A stretch of 64,000 nt of DNA from the human T2T-CHM13v2.0 reference genome, Homo sapiens, in NCBI RefSeq assembly GCF_009914755.1, contig NC_060926.1; one strand, written 5' to 3'. Numbering within the stretch: position 1 is the stretch's first letter; each line of letters opens with the position of its first letter. A model generated the notes under the pieces. The model saw nothing but the letters and a program-made list of their open reading frames with translations. It was not told the origin of the DNA and searched no databases. The position numbers were made by a program, and so were the translations under genes. Positions 1-14,755 of the stretch are shown piece by piece.

Positions 1-14
1 AGGCCCTTCTTACA

Positions 15-200
15 TGGCAGGTGCTGGGCTAAATACTGAATCTGGATACTACGTTTAATACTAACAAAACCATATCTGGTAAATATTGCTTGAATTTTCC
101 TATTTAGATTAGGAAACTGAGGTTTACACAGAGCTGACAGATATGGAGCCTGAATTTGAGCTCGTTTAGTCATTCTGGAGCCCATGCTGAACCATTTCAC
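15..200 (-). mobile_element. MIR SINE relic
   Basis: 'tttagattaggaaactgaggtt...gagcctgaatttgagctc...ctggagcccatgct' matches the reverse complement of the MIR core. Confidence 0.65.
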
Positions 201-418
201 AGCAATAGCTTCTTCGTGTCTTCTCCTTCTTCTCCTTTCCCTCCTCCAGTGCTGATTCTTACAGTGACTATACATATTCCAAGAGAAACACAAAACCAGG
301 AGGAAAGAACAGACCCTCTTTGAAACACGAATTTTCCTTGCAGATGGAAGTAAAGATATGTTTTTCTATTAGAACAGACATTAATGAATTAGCAGGTAAA
401 ATGTACACAGAATTTTCA

Positions 419-739
<321 letters not shown>

Positions 740-1099
740 TTACAACTTTAAATAACATGTAGCATGAGGGTGGCTACTTCAGCTCACACAACATACATGG
801 AGGGATAGGTCTTCAAACTTGTCCAAGTATGGAAATGCTACTCAGAAAAAAGTTTGAGAACATAGTACCATGTCACTTGAGGTTGCCTTCCATAATACCA
901 ACTGGTTGTTTGTGTAATCAAGTGGGGGACACTTAATGAAACCTGCTACATATTTGGTAAGTACCTGCCCTTTCATATTTAATTTGCTAGCAGAAAGTGC
1001 CACAATGCATGACATAAAGTGGAGGCTGAATAAATATCTGGTATTTCTTTTATTGAAAGCGCTCACATTTAGTTCACCTATTATCTTATCCTTTATCCG

Positions 1100-1700
1100 T
1101 AGCTACTCAAAGTACTGTCTTCAAACCAACAATCTCAGTATTATGAGATCTTATAATAAGTGCAGAATCTGAGACACCCACCCCCTTCCTATTGGATCAA
1201 AATCTGCTTTTCAACAAATTTCAGGTGATTCATATGTGGATATTGCTTATCTCATCTACCTACTCCCAAAGTAAATACTCCAGTCTAGATCATTGGTTCT
1301 AAAAGTGTGGTCCCTGGACCAAAAGTATCCACATCACCTGGGAACCTGTTACAGGTGCAAATGCTTAGCCTTCATCTCAGATTAGTGAATCAGAAACTCC
1401 AGAGGTAGGGCCAGAAACCTGTGTGTAACAGCTCTTCCAGGCTGGTTTCAAACTTTGGTTTATGTTAAGAATCATTTGCAAGAGATTTTTAAAATCCTAA
1501 TGCCCAAGCTTTGATTCATACTAAGAAAAAAATAATCCATAGACCAGTAGCTCTTACCTCTGGATCGTCTGAGAAGCCTTTAGAACACACCAATGTTTGA
1601 GCCCCACCATTCTGAGGTTTCAGTTATCAGAGCTGATCCCCAAGTATGGTATCTTCAAAAATCTCCCCAGCAGGATTATGTTATTACCTGTGGTTGCACC
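1100..1700. mobile_element. Cluster of MER5A/MER5B (hAT-Charlie) relics
   Basis: 1291-1440 'cattggttctaaaagtgtggtccctggacc...catcacctgggaac...gaatcagaaactcc' is MER5A; related degenerate copies at ~1100-1240, 1441-1510 and 1545-1690. Confidence 0.7.
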
Positions 1701-2564
1701 ACTTCTAAAATCTCAATTAATGTATTCTACTGTCTGACAAGTTCCTCCTATAGTCCTGGCTCACTCTTTCTAGTACCCTCAACTCCAGCGATTTGGCCCC
1801 ACTGGGACCTTAGATCCATTGATATCTGCCATTGGTGTTGACTATTCAGTAACCCCCTTCCCCTCTCCCCTGTGAGTCCTCACTTTCCTCCCTGCCTCGT
1901 TTAGATTCCACACACCATTATTATAAACACTGCCTTGATGGGCTCTTCCTCCTTCTGTACCTAGAAAAATCCTAACCCTGGTTAAATCCAGCTCCTCTCA
2001 GATTCTACAACTGCACTTGCACAGCTAAATTTCACAAGGGGAATCCACCAGGCATGTTGACCGGAGACGGGCCTCACTTTGTATTTATGATAGCAAATCT
2101 CGAGTGGACCCTCAGTATTGCCAGGCAGCCTGGCAGCATTCCCAAGTTGCTTCACTCCCCGTCTCCCATATGGACAGTTAATATCTTTCCTTCACCCCTG
2201 AAACCTCAAATCCCCCACCTCCACTCTGAACTCTCAGCCAGTGATGACCTAGCTTCTCATTTTACTGAGAAAACAGAAGCTATCTGAGAACATTCTTCTC
2301 TGCTTACCACCAAGCTTCCACATGGTCTGCATCTATGCCCTTGAAAGCCGCCTGCCTTCCTGTGATGGTGGGTGAATCAGCTGTGCTTCTTCTCTACCGG
2401 AAGTTTCCACTTGCTCCCGGCAGGCATCTCTTCCTATCCCCTCACTCAAGCACTTTGTTTCGTCAATTTTCTCCCCTCTCCCTTCTCTACTAAATTATTG
2501 TTGTTTCCTTCTCCACTGGGTCATTATAATTGGTATACAAACGTGCTGTAATATTTTTACCTAA

Positions 2565-2928
<364 letters not shown>

Positions 2929-3764
2929 TAAAACAAACGTGGAAGGCATTACCTTTTTTCGCTGTCCTGTCTCTCATTCTGTCTCAAAATCACTCATATG
3001 AAGCTTGGTCTCAACACCCTCCCTGATCTCTACTCCATTGAAATTCTGTTTTTCAAGGCCACGATTGACCCTTAAGTTGGCAAATTCAAAGGTCAGTTTT
3101 AAAGTCTGCATCTTTCTTGATTTCTGAACAGCATTTAGTAAAGCTGACTATTCTTTCCTTGAAACATTTTTTTCTTGGTATCTGAAAAACTAAAATGCTT
3201 TTATTTTTACTTTATTATCTTTCTCTTTCTCAGTTTTCTTTGCTGGATTCTCTTGTTTTCTAACTTCTAAATTTTGAAAGGTCCCAGGCATTAGACCTTC
3301 TCACATATCTTCTGTGGCTACCCTTATTCAATAGGTAATCATTTACTGCCATGGAGTTAGATACCATCAACTAACTTGATGATTTCCACATTTGTTTCTA
3401 CAGACCCAGCCTGTTTCCTGAGCTTCAGACTCCATCTCTAAACACCTCTCTGTTGCATTGTGGCTGCTTAAAAGGCATCTCAAACCTAATATATTTGAAG
3501 CCAAATGCTTAGCCTTCCCCCAAGTATGTTCCTCCTGGTACTTTACAGCTTTGTTTATGGCCAGACCATTAGCCCAGATGCTCAGACAAAATCCGTGGAA
3601 ACATCTTTGGCTCCTCTCTCTCTTACTCTCCAGAGAGAATCTAACAGTACCCACTGTGCATTCTAGTTTCAAAATATGTCCCAGTGTTTTTACCAGCTAG
3701 ATTAATCTTCAAGCTCTGATTTGGCTCAAAACAGCCCCTTTACCCCATTCTTGCCTCATTCTGA

Positions 3765-3860
3765 GCAGTATAGACCTGGGCTTGGTATCAGTCCTGGCTT
3801 AACCACTTCCTAGGTGTTTGACCTAAAGCAAGGTATGTCACCTCTGGAGTCCAGTTTCCA
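3765..3860 (+). mobile_element. MIR fragment
   Basis: 'agacctgggc...cctggcttaaccacttcctaggtgtttgacctaaagcaag'. Confidence 0.55.
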
Positions 3861-3867
3861 GAATTCA

Positions 3868-3957
3868 AATATATGCATGTATGTATGTGTTGATATGTAT
3901 GTATATGTGTACATGTGTACATATGCCTATATATATGCATGCATGCATGTATGTATG
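3868..3957. repeat. Degenerate (TATG/TGCA)n simple repeat
   Basis: Direct reading. Confidence 0.85.
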
Positions 3958-4469
3958 AACAATAGATAGATCTTAAATGTGACTCCTCACTACTTTACCA
4001 CTCCCCTTTGTTCAATCCACCACCATCTTTTGCCTGGATAATTAACAAATGCCTCCAAATTTGTCTCCCTACTTCCTCTGTTGTCCACCCCCACTCCCAT
4101 TTTCTGTTCTCTGCTAGCAGCCTGAGAGATCCTTTTAGAACACGAGTCACATCATGTCACGCACCTACTCAAATCCCTCCAGTCACTTCCCATCGTATCT
4201 GAAACAGCATCCTAAGTCCTCATGACAGTCTGCAAAGCCCTCCGTGATCTTGGTCCTGCTGGTCTTTCCGCTTACTCCCTCTTCTCCAGCCACACTGGCC
4301 TGTTTGATGTTTTACTAACTCATCAGGCTTGGCCCTCTCTTAGGGCTTTGCGATGGCTATTCCCTCTCTCTGGAATACTTTTCTATCACAGATCTGCCCT
4401 GCACAATTCCTCCCTTTATTCAAATCTTCTCTCAAATCTCAACTCCTCATAGAATCTTTCTCCGTCTAC

Positions 4470-4628
4470 TAATAGAATTCTGGAGCCAGCATGTAACAGC
4501 TCGCAAGAAGCACTTGTAAGCTTCTGTTCCCATCTCTGTATTCAGTGATGTCACCTTAGTAGCTGAGATCAGCCACAGTGAGAATACACCGTGGAATCAG
4601 AAAATGCTACAGTCAGAGCTCATCCTAC
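4470..4628 (+). mobile_element. MER63A-like (hAT-Blackjack) relic
   Basis: 'ctggagccagc..cagctcgcaaga...ttcagtgatgtcacc..agtagctga...caccgtggaatcagaaaatgctaca' matches MER63 as recalled. Confidence 0.7.
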
Positions 4629-4939
<311 letters not shown>

Positions 4940-6489
4940 TTTCCTCAGTTTTTATACTCCCAGGACAACATTAATTTTCTTTTCGTCCCAAAATTCAAAT
5001 TTCCTTTCATGTCAATTACTACTGAGAATTCTCAAGGCCAGCTTCCTTGTCTCTCCAACATAAAGCTTATGAGCTATTCTACTTCTAATATTACCACATC
5101 ACTTAGTTTTCTGACCTATCTCTTTGACAACTGAGTTCACACATTGGGCCCAGTCACAATCCTTTCTGGCAAAATTATTTCAATCTATGCTCTGATATAT
5201 TCTTAGCCACAAGTTCATGCCTCCTGAAATAAAGAAAATGAACAAATGAACCTGTGAAGATATAGAAGCAAGGAGGAGTGGAGGAGGTGGAAATAGTCTA
5301 TGAACTTGAAAAGGTTAGTCTGCTTAATTGTTTTTTAGTGGGGAGTGGGATCGGGTTTTATAACTAAACCAGATCTGTTCCCCTTCGTTTCCATCCTATG
5401 CCTCTCTTTTTCAACTTTCTGTGTCATCTATCCCCCTTTCTAAGAAAAGTCATTCTGTGGTAGAGAATCCATGTTTTAAAAGCCATTGACTTAAAACCGG
5501 TGCTGTCGGGCTGTTTCTGTTAATGGACTTAATGTGCACAGGAAAGAATGGAAAGGACACCTGCTCGATCCCCATGTTTCATTTCAGGGTCTCGTAGGCA
5601 ATCAATACAAAGGACTAAGATGCATGAAGGTAAATAACAAAGCATTTTTTGGATTCCCTTGTATCATTTCAGCAGAGTGTATAATTGCTGAGGTTTTCTG
5701 AAATGGATGGCTATCTGAGAACAGCCACGTAGTCTTAGAAATTTTGATTGTCACAGAAGCTAAAATGCAGACAATGGCTCAAAGAAATAAATTATTTTAT
5801 TCTATCTTCCTACTTTGTTCCCAAATGGTGACGTGTAAGAAATTAATCTATTGCATTTGGCATAATCTTATAAATATAAAGAGGAAATTTTTGCTAATTT
5901 TATTAAGAATAATTGAACAGGAAATACAAGGGATTAGTTTTCTCAAACTGAGCCATGTGACAACTAATAAATTGTACTGTCATTTCTTTCTCCAGCCTAT
6001 AATCCCTCATATGTCGCGAATCGTCTCACAATTGAACAGGTGTTTTAATAATAGACTGGAATTTGCTTAAAAATATCTCCCTGAAATGTCCTCAAAAGGA
6101 CATTAAAATCCCTCAAAAGGGACTTAAAGCTAAGACCCACATTATAAGAATATCAAGCTGGAAAGTTGCTGATCTCAAGGAGGCCTGTCTTTGGGTATAG
6201 GCAGAACAGGTGATAGCCAGAGGCTTGCTTGCAGGAGTGCTGAGAAAGCTCTCCTGGCCCCAAACCCTTCCCCACCTGGTTTGCTAAAGCTTCAAATTGA
6301 ACAATTAGAGATTTTTCTAGGGCTTAATATGTGTAAATATTTCTAACCAAGATGAAATAGATTATTTTCATTCCTTGTGTATGTCTGTGTGTCTATGTAT
6401 GTATCCGAGTGTTTATACTTTGTGTGTGTGTAGGTATGTATATCCTTCCCTTTTCTAGAAAGAGTAGATTTCAGAAAACCAGATGCAGA

Positions 6490-7272
<783 letters not shown>

Positions 7273-7637
7273 TCATTTCCTTTTCTAGGAGCAACTTTTG
7301 ATTTTAGGAAACCACATGAGAACACCTTTGTGACCCAGGCACTTTGATGCAAGAGAAGAAAAATAAACCTGTAAAAAGGGAGAAATGTTCACACTACAGG
7401 ACTTCAGCAGGATAGGAAGGGGCTGTGCCCCAAATAGCTTCCCCCACTTCATTATTTTGCTCATATCAGCCCTGACAGTCGGTCTTTCAGACTCGTTAAA
7501 TGGTGATTTCTAAGTTTCTATTTACAGACAGGAAACACCAAATAAAACAAAAAATTTTCTAATCAGTGACTATGCACAAATTCAGGAGGTTTCCTTAAAA
7601 ATGTTTATTTTTATTCATTGTCATGTTATGAAACAGT

Positions 7638-7792
7638 CCTTTGCTGACTACCTTACCTAAAACAACACCCTCGCCACACACACTCCCTTCCCTCCATCCT
7701 GCTTCATTTTCCATTTATCACCTCTCAATATTGGGTTGTTTGACTGTATATTGGGAGTCTTTGCCCACAGAATGTGAGCTCAGTGAGGCAGC
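7638..7792 (+). mobile_element. L2 3' fragment
   Basis: 'ctgactaccttacctaaaac...cacagaatgtgagctcagtgaggcag'. Confidence 0.55.
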
Positions 7793-8114
7793 CACAGTGC
7801 CAGGAGGGGCACCATTGGCACATCTTGGCACCCTCAGAGTTCCAACTTTCCTACTCCTTCCCCAGGTTCCTGGCAAGGCCCAGAGCCCTTCATTTAGAGA
7901 AGCAGGCACAACTGAAGAGAGGAAGATGGTCCTGGCTGCCCATGGACCCTCTGACCTTGAACCCTCATAGCAGCTCCAGGGCAGTTATTCCAAGGGTCAG
8001 GGATTCCAAGAAGTTTTGCAGAGCGGGAGGAAGACAGAGCATGAGGACATCCTGGAAACTGCTTGTCCTTTGTGATCTAGAGGAGAAAGAGAGACTGAAG
8101 CATGGAATAACTTG

Positions 8115-8279
8115 TTTTATCATGGGCTCTGGGGTCAGGCTCTCTGGAATTTAATACTAACATTTATGTATTACAAGACTTTGGACAGGGTTCTTAACTT
8201 CTCTGTTCCTCAATTTTCTAATCTGTAAAATGATGTAAAAATCTGCAATATCAACAACAAAGTCCACATTTGTTCTTAA

Positions 8280-8333
<54 letters not shown>

Positions 8334-8405
8334 GATGACGATTACAAGGCTTGGAACTTATAAGCACTCAACAAATAAGTTGTTAGTGTTGTTATTATTA
8401 TTACC
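8115..8405 (+). mobile_element. MIR with internal (TG)n
   Basis: 'cttaacttctctgttcctcaattttctaatctgtaaaatg' MIR core. Confidence 0.75.
8282..8333. repeat. (TG)n(TA)n microsatellite
   Basis: Direct reading. Confidence 0.97.
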
Positions 8406-9729
8406 ACTGCTCAAATGTGTACTTGTAATCCTACTGCCACTCTCATCACATCTCATAGTCTGCTTGGACCTGGACAGATAATTTATCAGCTTTTAAATGC
8501 TTTTAAATTCAACTGATAAACTAGATTGAGGCTCTGTTGTGCATAAGGTACAGAGCTAAATGCTGTGGAAAAATTGAACATGAAGAAAACATTGCCTGAC
8601 AACTATTTATGACCCAGCAGGGTTTGGAAGACATACAAAAACGCAAACCAAACCAAAGCAAAGGCACTATCTGATAAATATTGTAGGAGAGATATAAACA
8701 AAGGGTTATGGGCCCTCTGGAAGACAGAGCACTTTCAGCTGGAGGTTCATTTATAAGGGGAGAGGCCCAAATCAGGGGGGTGAAAGGAGATCAATGGGAA
8801 GAAGGGTGAGTGGAAAAAGACATTTCAGAGACAGTCACGAATCCGTTATACAGGAGAAGAGAGACAACGCTAAGAATAACTTGCTGTGTTTACAGCCAGG
8901 AAATCTAGGAGAGGGTTAACAGAAAATAATAACAATAATTATAAGAAAGCAAGAAAAGCTTTTTGGGGAAGAAAAATGATGCTTGTTCATCTTAGTGAAC
9001 ACTAGACCAACCACTTATGAGCACACTCTTAATTGAATTTCTGCCTTGGCCAAATTCTCCAGCATAAGACATGTAAGTATAGGATCATGCATCATAACCA
9101 TCTCAGCTTCAATGTTCACTGGTCATTTTGGCACTGTTTTTTCCCCCATTCTAATAATATCGCCTATAGAAACAGTCATCAGTGATTTTCTTCACTGTGA
9201 GAGCCAACCATGCTCTATGAATAAAAGAGCAAATTCCCCCATGTTTCTCCCTAGCCCAACTGAAAGTCATCAATAACCCCAGCAAACCCAAAGTAACAAG
9301 TTAGATGTTTTAAAGCCAGTCAAATAATGCTTGCCATAGATCACACCTGCTACTTAGTAACAGATGTTTGTGTGGCTGTGGTCTACTGGGGAAAAATTCA
9401 CACTCAGTAGCCCTTGTACTTCCACTTCCAACTGTGTTGTAGCTATTGTTAGTATTTTGGCCCAGAATAGAAGACATATTGTAGAAATATCAGCTGGCTC
9501 CCATGTAAGACACTCAAGTTAATTTTTCTCTGAAGACTCTGCTCCTTTGTTCATCTGGACTAATTATTTTGTGTTTATCAAAACAAAAGGGCATATTGCA
9601 GAAAAGAGAAAAGGAATTACATTAATCTTCTGCACAAGGCTTTTGGGCCATGGTGAAGGAAAATTAGGGGCCTTGGCAGTACTCAGACCCTGTGTTCTAG
9701 CATCAAAGGATGTTAGCACTGGGGGTGAG

Positions 9730-10250
9730 TGTAGTTTAGGGAAATGCCCCTGAGAGCAATGTAAGTGCACCCTTAGAATGACCCTACACAGCAGATGCAG
9801 CTGAATGTGTGTTTCAGGCTACGGAATCCGGGAGTAGCCAACCAGAGAGTCATTCCCTGCCTGTGAGGAATATCTGAGACCTCCACCCATCCCATGGAAC
9901 ACAGGCCAAACAAGGGATTAAGGCTATGAGTTTTAGGGTACGTGGAGGTTTCCAGGTAGAGGTTGTTAAGAGGAAGGTGTTAAGTGAATTCTATGTAAAC
10001 TGCATGCTATTTGCTAGCAGCTGCGGTTTTTCTGCCCAGCCTGGGCCATGCAGTGATGTTGTCCAGCCCACCACAACTGGACCATTTCTGTACGTTAGAT
10101 AATTCTGTCCAGCCTGCCGCCAATGGACTCTCTCCCTTGTATGTAAGCCCCGAATAAAACCCCATGTCACCTTTGCTGGCTCTGGGTCTCATCTTTGGCT
10201 TCTTGAACCTGATGGCTTTCTATTGAGGTTAATAGGTGTTGGGCACAATG
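9730..10250 (+). mobile_element. Solo ERVL LTR (LTR47-like)
   Basis: 'gaatgaccct...ctgaatgtgtg...ggaatccgggagtagccaacc', poly(A) signal 'aataaaacccc', TSD-like gtgag/gtgcg. Confidence 0.8.
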
Positions 10251-11927
10251 GTGCGGCCTAATCCCCACAATTTATGGATGGAAAATGGGATGAAATGGTG
10301 AAATGACTAGCACAAGTTTATTCAGTGCATTAAAGGGAGCACCAAGCGTAGAATCCGGGTTTCTTGCACTCAGGAATCTTAGCACCAAAAAGAAGAAGAG
10401 AAAAACTTGGAGGAGAGGGAAGAAGAAGGGAGCCCGTGACACGGAAAGCTCTGTGCTTTGGCACAATCATTTCCAGGTGCTGAGCCCAGGTGTGGCCGAG
10501 AGAATGGTGACCCCAGACCACCAGCGGTCTGAGGCCACGTCCGCATGTGCTGGGCCAGGGAACCCCACCAGAATCCTCAGGCAGATGTTTTCTCTTTATA
10601 TGGAGCAGTGAATGTAGGTTAGGAAAAGTGGCTGGACAATTTAACAGAGCAATTTTTCCACCATCTTTTAAAACAATCCATGTCCTTCCTAAGCTTGTGT
10701 TTCTAAGTGCAGGCTGCTGAGGGCCCCCTTCACTCTCTGCAGTTACACTGTATTTTTAAAAATTGAGGTAGCAAATTGGAGGTTCCTGAAGTATCTGTTA
10801 AGAACCTTCACCATTCCTGAATTAAATGGATCTGAGAGAAGTCAAGTCAGCGTTCTTTGCCCTTCTCCCTTAGGAGATTAATGCAGGGGCACATGCCTGT
10901 CTGTGCAACCAGCATTGATTCTTTATTCTTATTCTCCCACCTCTCTATCCCACCTCTTCCCTTCCCTGACCTGTTGAATGTAGCTTCTAGGGCTTCACCT
11001 TTTCCTCTGAAGGAGAGGGTTATTTATGTTTTATATATAAAAAAAGTTTGGATATATTTCAGGTCCAAAATAATAATAATGTAGTAGCCGGGGAAGGGGT
11101 GGGGAAAAGGAAGACAAGAAATCTAAACATAAACTCGCCCTGCATCCCAATTTTTTCTCCACGACCTACTCATTAACCTTCAAATGATCATGGGCAAATA
11201 CAAGCGACGTGCAAAGGTATTGTTAATCTTCAGTGCACGTGCAGGCAACTTAATAGAACACAGCTGCTAACTATATCAGTGTCTGTAAAGACCAATAAGA
11301 CCTAACTCTTTAGGTATTTGGGGGTTTGGCTATAACCACGGTCTCTTGTTATATTGCTATTGAGGAAGACAGAAGTTGTTTCTTCTTTCAGATTAATGTC
11401 TCTTAATTCCTAGTCTATTTCCCTGTAATGCAGTAGATGTTCTCAAGGATTCTAAAGACATTAACCTACCTTAACATCTCCTCTTGTTATAAAAATGAAG
11501 CTGCCTGTATCGTGACAATGATAATCTTTTGTTTTCAGGGAGAGCTGAGTAATTCACTTGGATGTGGATTTTAGTTATGTTAAACAAGAAAACCAGACTA
11601 GCTGCTTAATTCAACATCAAAAAAAGAAAAAACCCATAATAAAACTGGCTTCTTCCCCCTTAGTGAAAGCAAATTTCCAATTTTATTCCTGTGATTGTTC
11701 TAGCTGGTCCACTTGATTACTTTCAGCGACAACAGAAGAAGCAAAGTGTAGGTTTGCAGAATTGATGAGCCTTCCTAATTAAAGATTAAATCAGCCTATT
11801 ATTCTATTCAAGGTGTAAGGGTTTTATGTGCTTTTTCTTTTCTATATATTTAAGTCAGAATTCAGTGTCATTTTTGAGCTCTCTCAAATTATTTATCAGG
11901 GTTGTATGCCCTTCAAATGTCAACATC

Positions 11928-12048
11928 CCTTGGGGCGAATTAAAGATGGCCACCAAATCTTTGTCTCTCTCTTCATGGGAAGAGAAGTCCATCTCTCTAT
12001 CCTTGAATCTGGGTTGACCTTGTGACTTGCTTTGACCAATAGAATGAG
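11928..12048 (+). mobile_element. MLT1 LTR 5' fragment
   Basis: 'aaagatggccaccaaatcttt...ccttgaatctgggttgaccttgtgacttgctttgaccaatagaatg'. Confidence 0.75.
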
Positions 12049-12725
12049 GTATTTTCAATGTTGTTTCTGGAAATAGCCTTAGCCAGATCCAGGAGTTCAT
12101 GAACTGTCCTTTCTTCCTTCTATGTTACCACAGTCAACAGTTTCTAGTTATTCTGCTATTACATTACTTGAGTCTTCTTTTCCCTAACTTCCCAAAACAA
12201 TTTTGTCACTGCCTTCCTACCCTCACAATCTCCTTGAGGGCCTTCTAGCTCCCTCCTGCAAGCGGTTCCAAACTCAAGGCAGCCTTTCTGTTTTGTCATG
12301 GCAGCAACACACTACTAATGCCAATTCTGTTTCATTTATTTACTACTGTGGAATGAACTACTCCAAAGCTTAGGGGCTTAAAACATGAGTGTGTTTATTA
12401 TCTCTTACAAATCATGGGTTAACTAGTTTCTGCTGGGCGGTTTTTCGGCTCCATGTAATTTTCTGTGGGAGCTTGATTGGCCTGGAAACTCCAAGATTCA
12501 CGCCCTCTCCCCCACCCCACTCAGTCCCCATAGCTGGCAGGTGATGCTGGTTGTCAGTCAGGAACTCAACTGGGACTGTCTAACAGGGCCATATGTATGT
12601 GGCCTCTTGATGCAGCTTGGGATTCATCCAGCCAAGAGGAAGGTTCCAACAGGAAGCATCCCAAGAGTAAGTGTTCTAAGAGGGAGAAAATGGAAAACTC
12701 CAGTGCCCTTAATAAGCTAGCCATG

Positions 12726-13140
12726 CTGGGAGTATAAAAACTGAGGAAAATAGGGAGGTTGTAAGAAAAAATAAGGAAATGAACAAAAAGTTTATAATAT
12801 CACTGAAAGCACTTTGCAAACTTAAACTTTTCAAGTACAGAAATTATGTTCAGTGTTGACTTATTTATTCAATAAACAAATACGAGCTAACGGATGTGCT
12901 CTTTGAGATAGGGTGGTATGCTCTCTGGAAAAAAAAGTAGAAGGAAATCTGATTTGCAGCAATTTCTGATTCCATGGTTTCAGCTACTGACGTGACATCA
13001 CTGAACACAGAGATGGGAACAGAAGCTCACAAGTGCTTCTTGCGAGCTGGTACATACTGGCTCCAGAATTCTATTAGTAGAAAGAGAAGGATTCTACAAG
13101 GAGGAAGAATTTGAAAGAAGGTTTGAATAAAGAGAGGAAT

Positions 13141-13193
<53 letters not shown>

Positions 13194-13270
13194 CAGAGAG
13201 AGGGAATAGCCATTGCACAGTCCTGAGAGGGCCATGCCTGCCGAGTTAGAGGAACGTAAAAGAGGCCAGC
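12726..13270 (-). repeat. Copy 2 (inserted) of the inverted local duplication
   Basis: Reverse complement of 4293-4963; about 6 mismatches in ~100 bp of the core by manual count. Confidence 0.92.
13146..13191. repeat. (AT)23 microsatellite
   Basis: Direct reading. Confidence 0.98.
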
Positions 13271-14607
13271 ATACCACATCATCCCTTTGGCCACATTCTT
13301 TAGGCTAAGGCATAAGCATCACAGTTCCAGGGGAAGGAACTAAACTCGGCACTTAGTGAAGAATTTGTGGGCCCCTTTAATCCTCAACCTTCAAATATTG
13401 CTTTCCTCTGGAGTGGTATTCTGTAGTTCACCAAACCCTTTCTTTCTCCTCTCTTTTTCCCTTCCTTTATTTCATGCTCTGTCTTTTTAGATTAGCAATC
13501 CAGACACTTGCAGGTTCTTCTAGTATCTAGATATATAATCATCACTAACTTTCTAAATATAAGATCACACTTAAAAATGTAGGGTATTAATCAAACAACA
13601 CTACCATGGTGATTGCTGAAGCTAGTGTCTCTACCTTTGTACATATTATGTTTTCCATGGTGAAAAGTAAGAGAAGAGGGTAAATATTAGACGCTGAGAT
13701 GTACCCTTAAACAATAATCTTGTAGCACCTAGCTGACTTGCAACACTATTAGCTGCTTCATAACTTTTTTAAAAAACGTTTTCAAAATTCTAGAATACAC
13801 ATAATTTAGTCATGGTCACAGGGAACCTAATTAAATGCATGGATTTACCTGATTTTGACGATATAGAAGGAGAACACAGTTCTTAAAATATATAATTGTC
13901 AAAACCTTAGGAAGCATAGCTGTGCAATTACAGATAGAAACAGAAAAATACTTGAGGTAACAGAAATGTACTCGATGAAGGTTTTATTATAAAGGCTAAT
14001 CTTTGAGCTACTACACATATTGAGACTTAAAATACCCAGCATAATATGCAAGATCTGATATGTTTTATCTCTGTAACCTGCTTAAGAATACTGCATGGGA
14101 TGCCGTAAGCACCACGATGGCATTATCTGTTATTATCAGCAATGGCAGCAACAAGAAATGGCCTGGCTGACACTGGCCTGTGTGGTTCAGTATAGGACCC
14201 TATTTTTTGAGTGCAGTCATGTAACAACAGAAGGCACAGAACAAGGACAGTGACCATAAAAGGCCCAGCCTCAAACAAGGACACATATATCCCTATGAGT
14301 TTCACCCAAGTCCCAGGAACAAAGTCTTGGTAGGTTGTTATTCCCTGCTGTGAAGTCTACTTGCCACTTTTAATATGTTTAACTCACAAGCTTATTAAGT
14401 CAACAGAAGAATTGACCAGAAAAAAAAGAAAAAAAAAAAGCATAGTCATATTGAGAGTCACTGGCCTGCGTCTCCAAAGAGCCTGTGTCTTCAGGTCTCT
14501 TTTCGCACCATAAAGTTGCCATTGCCCTTGGATATTTTTCTATTTTGAGTTTATAATCCTATATGGTGAGTTGATGGCAAACTGGAACCTAGAAAATTGC
14601 AGTTTTC

Positions 14608-14755
14608 TTTTATGTATTTGTTTGTTTCTCTCCTCTATTAGAATGCAAGCTTTCTGAGGTCAGAGCCAATGTCTGTCTTCCTCTCCATTGTACCTCCAGT
14701 GTCTAGAACAGTGCTTGGCATGTTTGCTGAGTGATTAGATGCTGAATGACTGAGT
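14608..14755 (+). mobile_element. L2 3' end
   Basis: 'tagaatgcaagctttctgaggtcagag...ccagtgtctagaacagtgcttggca'. Confidence 0.75.

Larger units (their letters stand above)
12328..13390 (-). mobile_element. MLT1H-like LTR, split by a ~550-bp insertion
   Basis: 'actccaaagcttaggggcttaaaac...gctggcaggtgatgctggttgtcag' up to 12722; resumes at ~13271 'catccctttggccacattct...ttccaggggaagg...gaatttgtgg'. Confidence 0.7.

Noticed and set aside
10030-10130. Threefold 'ctgtccagcc' repeat inside the LTR
   Set aside because: Probably an intrinsic feature of the LTR47 subfamily; cannot be shown to be locus-specific
11700-11740. 'gctggtcc' as a Y-RNA pseudogene start
   Set aside because: Similarity ends after about 8 nt
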